Below, piece by piece: positions 7,404 to 15,200 of a stretch of DNA of 64,000 bases; position 1 is the first letter of the stretch; every line of letters begins with the position of its first letter. The position numbers and the translations under genes were made by a program. Below the pieces are notes generated by a model. The model ran no database searches. It saw nothing but the letters and a program-made list of their open reading frames with translations, and was not told the DNA's origin. The stretch is from a virus. The DNA is taken from positions 1 through 64,000 of the IMG/VR virus record IMGVR_UViG_3300045988_109366. One strand, given 5' to 3'.

Positions 7404-10400
7404 GTGCAAAATAACTCTAACATAGCGGTTCCCGACTCCGGGATGAACAGGGATAAGCATCCACAGGATCTATCCCCGTCTGAATATAGTTTCGCCTTGA
7501 ACGCTACCATAGAGGGTGACGATGGAAGCCAGCTTAAGATCCAGAACGAGCCTAGTACCCTTTTATGTAAGCGATTTGATGGCTATAAGGTTATTGGGTA
7601 TAAGAATGACGTAGCTGGTGATAACACTTATTTCTTTCTATCCAATCCGGATGATAATACGTCTAAGATCACGTTCATGCGGTCATTGGATTATATCAAG
7701 ACCGTTGAGGATCAATTGGCTGGATCGGGAAAGGACATCCATCGTATCCTTGGCGAGAGGCTTGAGGAGTCGGATGGTCGTTTTGATGAGATATGTGATT
7801 TGATGGAGGTCCTGATAGAGGACTGGGTTGATGACCCTTGTCTTAATTTCTCCATTCATCATCCGATCTTCGATATAGAGATCAAGGACGAGAAATGCGG
7901 GAAGGTGATATACTGGACCGATGGATATAATCCCCAGCGATATGTTATGGTCGATAAGGCTCTTAATCCGGATGATGATGGTGACTTTTGGTATCATTAT
8001 CATGGGTATAAGACATGTGGGGATGACAAACCAATAGAGAGGTGTAGGCTGGCCTGCGAGAAGCTGCTGGTGTTCCCGTTGCTGACGGCCCCGTGCGTGG
8101 AGCCTGAGGTCGTGGAGTTCGGGGGGAGCCTGCGTGCCGGGACCTACCAGTTCTGCGTGGCGTTGTGCGATGAGTTCGGGATTGAGAAGACCGGATATTG
8201 CTCATTGACCAACCCAATCATGTTATTCGATCGTCAAGATATGGTTATTCGCGATGGTTTATGGGGTAGGTCAACCAATATGGGTATCCGCCTTACTGTA
8301 TCCAATATAGATAAGCAGGTATCTCATTATAAGATAGGTGTTATACAGAACACGGTTGGGTTTAATGGTGAGCAAAGCCCGGTTCTTGAGTATTTCATAG
8401 AAGGTATACATCCGATAACGGAAAGGACCATCTATTACCTTACGGATCAATATAGCGAGCGTACGACCATGGAGAAGTTATCCAAGGAAATACCGGTATA
8501 TAAGACAGCCAGAGGCATGACGTCTGTCGGGAATCGTCTTCTTCAATACGGCTTGACCGTGGAGAATGAATGGAATCTTCAACCGGTCGTTAATTTCTTG
8601 GGTCATTTCGTTAAATGGCAGACATCGATAGCCACGGAGAATCTATATAAAGACGGTGTGGCTTGCTCTAAATACGCCTCTTTCATGCGTGACGAGGTAT
8701 ATCCGTTGGGTATAAGATTCTTTACCAATACAGGATACAGGACGGCTAGATTCCCGCTTATCCCTCGTCCGGCCACAAGGGAGGAGATGGGGGTTATCGT
8801 TGATGAGGACGGCAACTCTGAAGACCTATCAGCGGCTTCGGTATTGGAGAACAACCCGCAGTGCGCCGGGAACAGCCGCCGTTATCTTTGGCAGTTTAAG
8901 AATACGGCAAAGATCATAAACGACCCGTCTTGGGGATTTGATGATTTTGGGGGAGAATGCAAGAATCAGCTAGATGTTAAGCAACTCAGATATGTAGAGC
9001 AGGAATATGCCACGGTAGGAGAGACCCAATTCGTTATCAACACAATGGGGGAAGATGTTACGGTAGATGATGCTATTGATTATATTGCTGACAATATAGA
9101 GAATCTGTGTGATCTTATAGAATCCAATGTAGGTATTACTGACGAGTTATGCGCTGCTATATCATTGCCAGAGGATCAAGACGGTATAAAGGCTCCCGAT
9201 TTCCCTAGTGGATGTGATGATATCGAGAGGATAGAGACCATGACTATATTGGATAAAAACTCTTTGGTGGATTCTAGGATTGATTTTACATATAAGTTGG
9301 CTAGTGATTATACGGAGACAGAGCCTACCACCTTAATACAAAGTAACGCCGAGTCACAAAGGAAATTTCCTGTATTGTGTGATTTCGATAATTACTCCAG
9401 TGGAGGTAAGAATATCATAGATCTGGTTCAAGAATGGCTGGATGGTCAGGATGAGGACAAATTCCCGTCTGATATAGATTCTTCCGCCTTGGTCTTGTGT
9501 CAGGATATGTCTAATGTCCGGCAGTTATATGATGAGGGTGTATGTACTAATGGGTGTTCGGTAGGTGATCCTTACGTGAATCCTACTATTGACGATGTGC
9601 AACTACCAACGTTCCAAGGAGGTAGGTCATTGGGTAAGTGCACATATTTGTATCAATATCCCGGATGGGAAGGAAAGAAGCATACGGAGACGATGCTTGA
9701 TCGGTTAATGGATACGATGAAGGCTTATTTCCCCCAATATGAGAGTCAGTTTGGTATTGAGAACGCCATGTGTCTTTTTGGTGATGGTGATAACTCTAAG
9801 TTCAATACCGGCATATCTACTGATTGGGAAGATCGTGTGTCTGTGCAGAATGATATTGACGCCAAGACCAATTGGTTCGGTAGAAGCAACTTGACTTATT
9901 TCAAGTTCTATCCACATGTATCCTCATACGCCAGATGGGTGGAGTTGGATTACGAAAAATACGTAAGCGGTTTATCCGATCCTGATAACGGTATTATGTA
10001 TATAGAGATGATGGGTAACTATAATTATCCGATCGGTGACTCATCATCATACAACAAGGTTCGTATAACATTTTTCTCGGATAAGGAAGGTACCGTGGCT
10101 CCTAATCCTTTGGCTAATGATGCCAAGAAAGGTGTTATAGTGAATTACGTGGATCATAAGATATTTATGATGCCAAAGTACTTGTTCTGGAATGATGACA
10201 AGACTACTTTCCATAAGATATATGTTTGCATCGAGCCAGCGGTATGTGTGTTCTTCACCGGTTTCGCCATGAGGCAGGACATGAAGGAGCTTGCCGGATT
10301 CTATACGGCCGGCACCGCCATCTTCCCCGCCCCGTTCTGTTTTGGCATTCGGCCACTGGAGGTGAAATACGTATTCTTCTTCACGAAAGAATTGAAATTA

Positions 10401-13400
10401 AGAAGATTTGTTACCTATGAGGCGAAATGTATCTCATGTGGAGATAAACCCGCTGATTGCGCTCCCAGACCATATCAGTATGGTGATTTCGGATATTGGG
10501 AGTCTACCAATAAGTATCCGGCTAATTTTGAGTTGTATGATTCAAGTAAGATCGGGATATCATCGGGAGGATCGAAGAGGAAGGATATAATAGATTCTTT
10601 GACGAAATACTATGGGTCTCCTAAATCCGTTGAGGGTAAGTCTTATTTCACCGGTAATGGGGATAACGCTGAGTACCCCAATACGTCAACCACATTTTGT
10701 CAGAAACCTATACGTCATTACAAGTTCCCTGATAACTCTGTCGCTCCTTTTATGGGTAATCCGTCTCAACTGACCGGTCAATATGGAGTTGACTCCTATA
10801 TTTATCCTATGGGGGTGATGCTTGATGACGATATCGTTAATGAGTTTCTGGATATAGCGGTAGAGAATGGTCTTATAGATAAGGCTAGACGTGACTCTAT
10901 AATCGGATACGAGCTATATCGTGGAGATAGGGCCTTGGATAAGAGTGTTATTGGTACGGGTCTGGCTTATGATATGTTTAAGTACGATGATCCCGACGGA
11001 TCGGCTAACCTTTATCCTAATTATCCTTACAACGATTTGTCTTATGATATGTATATCTATAAGGATATTAATCGTGAGAATTTTATAACGCATCCGTTTA
11101 ACAGGAAGGGTAATATCTGGTATTCATTCTTAAGCCCTGATATTGCCTTCAACAAGCCTGACGCTCCCACTGAGTGCCTTGTTGATGGTTATCAATTAGG
11201 TAAATCCTCTGGTATATTCAGGGAGGTGGAGGATCACCCTAAATGGACGATATTAGGAGATAAGGCTTATAGTATGGCAACGTCATTGGCTACGGTGGAG
11301 GCTATGGCTAATTTAATATCCGCTATAGCTGAGTATACATATCAGTCGGCTTCACAGCAATATGTCGGTGGAGGCGTGATGTTTTTGGCCAACCCTGCCG
11401 GCATAGCGCTGACGGCTATCCGTCTGGCTACAGGTATCGCCAAGGCCACAGCCCAGTCCGTGGTGGATATAGGCAAGTATAGGTATCAGTGGTTAACGGC
11501 ATTGATAGATAGGGGACCTAGACGGAACTATGCTTATTACTATACTTCTGTCGCTCATTATAATTTATTTTACCAAAAAATAGGGGAGTCAGAGTTACGT
11601 GGATTGTCAACGGCTAAATATATCAAGAGCGGGTTATATCCGGTAACAGATATCTCTTCGCAAGGGGAGACCGTAGGCGGTAAGCCTATTGTCATAAACA
11701 ACCTCGATCGTGAGCATTCGTTGTTCATGTCATTTGGTATGGATAAGTATATGCTTGAATATCCGGAGTTGGTTTCAAGTTATGATACCAGCCGTATTCA
11801 GGATGGGTGTAATATTCGTAACGACGAGGTGGCTGGTATGACGCCTCATTTTATGACACGTGAATCTTTCGTATCCTGCCCCTATATGAGGATAAAGAAA
11901 TATTCTCCGGCTCAATACGGGCAGATAGAGGATATCAGATGGGTATCGTTAGGTGGTTGCGGGTTGATGGATGAGGGTAAGCGTAAACCTGTTTTTGGAG
12001 GTGATGTGTTTATATCCAGATTCTCGCTTAAAAGAAAAATGCCTATGTTTTACTTGACCCAGTTTGGTCAGGGAGATATGATACCATTCCCTTACTATGA
12101 CTATAGGAATATCGGGTATCCACGTTATTTTGTTAATTATGATACCGGGGAGGATTATCTTAATAAGACTGACACGGATACTGGATCGCTATATTCGTTC
12201 CCTAGCCGTAAGAGCGCTTATGAGATGGCTTGCAAGACCGGGGATATGTATCTTAGTGGTCGTTTCTTTCTGTATTTTTACGGCATACCTCAGTTTCTAG
12301 TGGAGTCTGAGATTAATTGTAATTTCCGTATAGCTGGGTCTGAGCCTTATGAGGGTTTCTATCCAGAAGTAGGGGATTATATATCATGGACCCAAGAGCG
12401 TAATGTCCCTATATCAAGGGATAATGTGTTTAAGATGAGTCCTGTGTACAAGAATCGTTTTACGCTAGGCGGAAGGTCATTACCAGAGACGTATGATAGC
12501 AATTTTTGGGACTGCGCTTACCAAAGACCCAACGGCGTCATATGGAGCACCGCCGACGTTTCGGAGAACGGCATGACCGACCCTTGGCTGTCGTACAAGC
12601 CTATGGATTACCATGAGTTCAAGACCTCATTTGGGAAACTCATAAGCATGAAGGGGATAGAGTCGGATCAGATACTGGCTCGCTTCGAGAATCAGGTAGG
12701 GTTATATAACGCCATAGACGTGTTGGCGGAGAGAATATCCCCGGAGAATAGCGAGCTAGGTACGGGTGGTCTTTTCGCCTCTCGTGGTATCGAGTATAAT
12801 AATACGACGTTAGGATATTCCGGAACCCAGAGCCGGGATATGATCAGTTGCGAGTTTGGGCATTTTTGGGTCGATTTAAGGCGTGGTCAGGTATTCAAGG
12901 TAGATTCTAATGGCAGGGATCTTACGGAGGTCACACCGGGGCTTAGAAACTGGTTTAAGGAACATCTTCAGATGAAGATCATCCGTAGCCGGATATATAA
13001 CGCCGATACGGATGCTGAGCTGTCTTATTATGATATCGATAACAAGTTCTTTGGTATAGGTCTGTCCATGGGTTGGGATAATCGTTTCAAGAGGGTATTG
13101 ATAACCAAGAGGGATTACATACCGGTAGGGAATCCAAGCGAGTACCAATTCAGGGGAGGCCGGTTCTACAGGAACGGGCAGGCGGTGGAGCTTTCGGACA
13201 CCAGCCATTTCACGGATGTTTCCTTTACCGTTGGATATAATTGTTTGAAGGGTGAGTGGAAATCATATTTATCCTACACCCCTGATTATTATATCGAGCA
13301 CCAGCATTATTTTCAGTCTGGTAAGAACTATTCTAGTGATAGTCGAGAAGTGGGATTGTGGTCTCATGGCTTAACCAATCAATCGTATCAGGTATTTTAT

Positions 13401-13922
13401 GGTAAGCTATATCCGTTTGTTGTAGAAGTCCCGGTACGTGAGCAGTATGTGAATAAGATCCTTACGAACTACCAATATAGGATGGATGCCAGAAGGTATC
13501 AGGATGAGGTTAATTATCAGGTTAGAAGAACAACTGGATTTAATAAGGCATGGTTCTATAACGATACCAACAACAGTGGAGAGCTTAGGATGACCATCGC
13601 CGATAAGAACGACATGAGCCAGCGGTTAAGGTATCCTGTAACCAATGACGATAGCCGTGATATACTGGTGACGGAAGTGGACCAGAAGATCAATATCAAC
13701 GACTACTTCAACGAGGTTAAAGACGATACTAATAACCTACCGGTATGGGTTAAGGACGTGAACGATATTGGCCGGGAGATCGACCCCAGGGCTGTCGATT
13801 ATCACCGGAGGTGGCGTGATCGTCTTCGTGGCGATTGGTTCTTGGCAAGGTTCGTGAATGACATTGAGAGCCGGTTCAAGATGATAGTAAGATGGTTTAG
13901 TAATGATGAGAAAATTTATTGA
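7404..13922 (+). CDS. Giant virion structural protein (about 2170 aa; tail/baseplate-type, function unknown)
   Basis: Uninterrupted 6.5-kb ORF. Start uncertain (GTG 7404 or ATG 7443). Ends at TGA. Confidence 0.85.
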   Translation: MQNNSNIAVPDSGMNRDKHPQDLSPSEYSFALNATIEGDDGSQLKIQNEPSTLLCKRFDGYKVIGYKNDVAGDNTYFFLSNPDDNTSKITFMRSLDYIKTVEDQLAGSGKDIHRILGERLEESDGRFDEICDLMEVLIEDWVDDPCLNFSIHHPIFDIEIKDEKCGKVIYWTDGYNPQRYVMVDKALNPDDDGDFWYHYHGYKTCGDDKPIERCRLACEKLLVFPLLTAPCVEPEVVEFGGSLRAGTYQFCVALCDEFGIEKTGYCSLTNPIMLFDRQDMVIRDGLWGRSTNMGIRLTVSNIDKQVSHYKIGVIQNTVGFNGEQSPVLEYFIEGIHPITERTIYYLTDQYSERTTMEKLSKEIPVYKTARGMTSVGNRLLQYGLTVENEWNLQPVVNFLGHFVKWQTSIATENLYKDGVACSKYASFMRDEVYPLGIRFFTNTGYRTARFPLIPRPATREEMGVIVDEDGNSEDLSAASVLENNPQCAGNSRRYLWQFKNTAKIINDPSWGFDDFGGECKNQLDVKQLRYVEQEYATVGETQFVINTMGEDVTVDDAIDYIADNIENLCDLIESNVGITDELCAAISLPEDQDGIKAPDFPSGCDDIERIETMTILDKNSLVDSRIDFTYKLASDYTETEPTTLIQSNAESQRKFPVLCDFDNYSSGGKNIIDLVQEWLDGQDEDKFPSDIDSSALVLCQDMSNVRQLYDEGVCTNGCSVGDPYVNPTIDDVQLPTFQGGRSLGKCTYLYQYPGWEGKKHTETMLDRLMDTMKAYFPQYESQFGIENAMCLFGDGDNSKFNTGISTDWEDRVSVQNDIDAKTNWFGRSNLTYFKFYPHVSSYARWVELDYEKYVSGLSDPDNGIMYIEMMGNYNYPIGDSSSYNKVRITFFSDKEGTVAPNPLANDAKKGVIVNYVDHKIFMMPKYLFWNDDKTTFHKIYVCIEPAVCVFFTGFAMRQDMKELAGFYTAGTAIFPAPFCFGIRPLEVKYVFFFTKELKLRRFVTYEAKCISCGDKPADCAPRPYQYGDFGYWESTNKYPANFELYDSSKIGISSGGSKRKDIIDSLTKYYGSPKSVEGKSYFTGNGDNAEYPNTSTTFCQKPIRHYKFPDNSVAPFMGNPSQLTGQYGVDSYIYPMGVMLDDDIVNEFLDIAVENGLIDKARRDSIIGYELYRGDRALDKSVIGTGLAYDMFKYDDPDGSANLYPNYPYNDLSYDMYIYKDINRENFITHPFNRKGNIWYSFLSPDIAFNKPDAPTECLVDGYQLGKSSGIFREVEDHPKWTILGDKAYSMATSLATVEAMANLISAIAEYTYQSASQQYVGGGVMFLANPAGIALTAIRLATGIAKATAQSVVDIGKYRYQWLTALIDRGPRRNYAYYYTSVAHYNLFYQKIGESELRGLSTAKYIKSGLYPVTDISSQGETVGGKPIVINNLDREHSLFMSFGMDKYMLEYPELVSSYDTSRIQDGCNIRNDEVAGMTPHFMTRESFVSCPYMRIKKYSPAQYGQIEDIRWVSLGGCGLMDEGKRKPVFGGDVFISRFSLKRKMPMFYLTQFGQGDMIPFPYYDYRNIGYPRYFVNYDTGEDYLNKTDTDTGSLYSFPSRKSAYEMACKTGDMYLSGRFFLYFYGIPQFLVESEINCNFRIAGSEPYEGFYPEVGDYISWTQERNVPISRDNVFKMSPVYKNRFTLGGRSLPETYDSNFWDCAYQRPNGVIWSTADVSENGMTDPWLSYKPMDYHEFKTSFGKLISMKGIESDQILARFENQVGLYNAIDVLAERISPENSELGTGGLFASRGIEYNNTTLGYSGTQSRDMISCEFGHFWVDLRRGQVFKVDSNGRDLTEVTPGLRNWFKEHLQMKIIRSRIYNADTDAELSYYDIDNKFFGIGLSMGWDNRFKRVLITKRDYIPVGNPSEYQFRGGRFYRNGQAVELSDTSHFTDVSFTVGYNCLKGEWKSYLSYTPDYYIEHQHYFQSGKNYSSDSREVGLWSHGLTNQSYQVFYGKLYPFVVEVPVREQYVNKILTNYQYRMDARRYQDEVNYQVRRTTGFNKAWFYNDTNNSGELRMTIADKNDMSQRLRYPVTNDDSRDILVTEVDQKININDYFNEVKDDTNNLPVWVKDVNDIGREIDPRAVDYHRRWRDRLRGDWFLARFVNDIESRFKMIVRWFSNDEKIY

Positions 13923-13935
13923 TTTATTAACATAT

Positions 13936-13944
13936 GGGGGGGGG
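13936..13944 (+). repeat. G9 homopolymer tract
   Basis: Nine consecutive G between the stop of the 2187-aa gene and the fibre-like gene start at 13978. Confidence 0.95.
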
Positions 13945-13977
13945 TATTTGCCGCCTCTTCTTATATATTGAAATGAT

Positions 13978-14142
13978 ATGGAAGATTTTATTGGTAAGTA
14001 CGATGGTAATCAAATAGACAGCAGGCTTGATAAGGTCAAGGATATGGTTGGTGCCACGGCGTCCGGGGCTGGCGCTGCGGGATTGGTGCCGGCTCCCGCC
14101 GCGGAGAAGCGTACAGCCTTTCTTCGTGGTGACGGCACATGA
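13978..14142 (+). CDS. N-terminal part of a fibre-like protein (MEDFIGKYDGNQID...AGLVPAPAAEKRTAFLRGDGT), ends at in-frame TGA 14140-14142
   Basis: N-terminus is paralogous to the fibre at 35271 (MEDFQGKYNGKQIE). The TGA falls where the GDGTW motif needs Trp. Same frame as 14173-14928. Confidence 0.6.
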   Translation: MEDFIGKYDGNQIDSRLDKVKDMVGATASGAGAAGLVPAPAAEKRTAFLRGDGT

Positions 14143-14172
14143 CAGGATATAGATGTTCATGAGCCGGGCTTC

Positions 14173-14928
14173 TTGGGCGATAATCTCGATAGCGAGGATG
14201 ATTTTAGAACTATATTATTTAATTTGGGCTTTGATAAGGAATTTACCCTTACCAAAGCGAAATATGATATAATAGCTTCTAAATGTGAGGTTGATATACC
14301 AATTCAATATCTTTTATCCGGAGCATCATCGACGTATGGGGTTGGGGACTTGATATTAATTAAGGATTCATCCGGGAATATTCAAGCCATGTTGCGCTCT
14401 GGATGCAATACGGGAGCTGGGGTCATTGTATCTTATCATGTAATGATCAATATATCCAGCGACCTTACCCATACGTCCATTGTCACCAGTCATACCGTAC
14501 AATCGGTATCTAACCAAACCAAGGACATATCCTTAACGATTGGTGGTGACCCAGTCGGAGATAACAGGGGCATCAACTTCTCTACGGCCGGTACAGGGAC
14601 CAAGGCTTTGATGGATGATGGGACTTATAAGGAGATAGGTTCTTCTGGAGTGGATATCTCAAGTTATATTTTAGAAGGAATTGATTTTAAGAAAAATACT
14701 ACCAAGGAAGGTTTCGATAAGATAAAAAGCTGTATTATTAATAAACAGCATATGTATGTGTATTATAAAGTCGAAATGGGTGGCGATGTAGCCGCTTCTA
14801 CAAGTGATGTTATAACTAATTTTTTGTATGGTAATATATCCTTGGTTATGGTTGATTTTTCGAATATTGAGTTGAAACAAGTAGTAATAAATTCGAGTGA
14901 TTATAATATAACCGTAACAAAAATTTAA
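14173..14928 (+). CDS. Distal part of the same fibre-like protein (no ATG; contiguous in frame with 13978-14142 across one TGA)
   Basis: The track ORF begins at TTG. No stop other than TGA 14140 lies between 13978 and 14928. Confidence 0.6.
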   Translation: MGDNLDSEDDFRTILFNLGFDKEFTLTKAKYDIIASKCEVDIPIQYLLSGASSTYGVGDLILIKDSSGNIQAMLRSGCNTGAGVIVSYHVMINISSDLTHTSIVTSHTVQSVSNQTKDISLTIGGDPVGDNRGINFSTAGTGTKALMDDGTYKEIGSSGVDISSYILEGIDFKKNTTKEGFDKIKSCIINKQHMYVYYKVEMGGDVAASTSDVITNFLYGNISLVMVDFSNIELKQVVINSSDYNITVTKI

Positions 14929-14932
14929 TGTT

Positions 14933-15109
14933 ATGATTCAAAAAAGGAAGGTTACCAAGAACTCAGGCAAGTGCCCTAAATCGGGGTGCATCAAGAAAGT
15001 AGGAAGTGATTGGAGGGTGGTTAGTAACAAAACTGGAAAGTTATGGCCGGCGAAGTATAAGTCGAGGGATTTGGCCAAGAAAGCTCTGGCGGCTTATCAT
15101 ATGCATTGA
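14933..15109 (+). CDS. Small basic protein (58 aa; ...GSDWRVVSNKTGKLWPAKYKSRDLAKKALAAYH)
   Basis: ATG..TGA ORF just below the track cutoff, followed by a hairpin. Confidence 0.45.
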   Translation: MIQKRKVTKNSGKCPKSGCIKKVGSDWRVVSNKTGKLWPAKYKSRDLAKKALAAYHMH

Positions 15110-15116
15110 GGGTGTA

Positions 15117-15148
15117 GGAGGGTAGGTGATATGAATCATGTACCCTCC
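15117..15148 (+). terminator. Hairpin terminator
   Basis: Stem ggagggta (15117-15124) pairs with taccctcc (15141-15148). Confidence 0.5.
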
Positions 15149-15177
15149 TATTGTTTTATCCTGCATCCGATTATGTA

Positions 15178-15185
15178 TATCTTTG
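15178..15185 (+). promoter_or_regulatory. -7 promoter box TATCTTTG
   Basis: 15 nt upstream of ATG 15201. Extended match TATCTTTGTAgAAAACG is shared with other boxes. Confidence 0.6.
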
Positions 15186-15200
15186 TAGAAAACGTGATTT

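Noticed and set aside
7963-8217. Long antisense or alternative-frame ORFs rich in Arg/Pro/Gly. Examples: 4920-5258, 4993-5265, 5871-6206, 7963-8217, 12876-13208, 13927-14160, 20171-20491, 27372-27959, 34041-34661, 36107-36694, 38359-38673, 43590-43961, 44790-45416, 57265-57801, 60107-60577.
   Set aside because: Each lies entirely inside a much longer ORF on the other strand or frame and coincides with a GC-rich island where stop codons are rare. Their composition is typical of shadow ORFs, and no promoter boxes or coupling signals precede them.
7404-13922. Giant ORFs (2187, 1626, 2148 aa) as crAss-like or N4-like virion RNA polymerases.
   Set aside because: I could not find a DxDGD-type metal-binding motif. 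The only DGD tripeptides are FGDGD, VDGDG and YDGDK, without the first Asp. No other polymerase signature is recognisable by eye, so they are left as structural or ejection proteins of unknown function.
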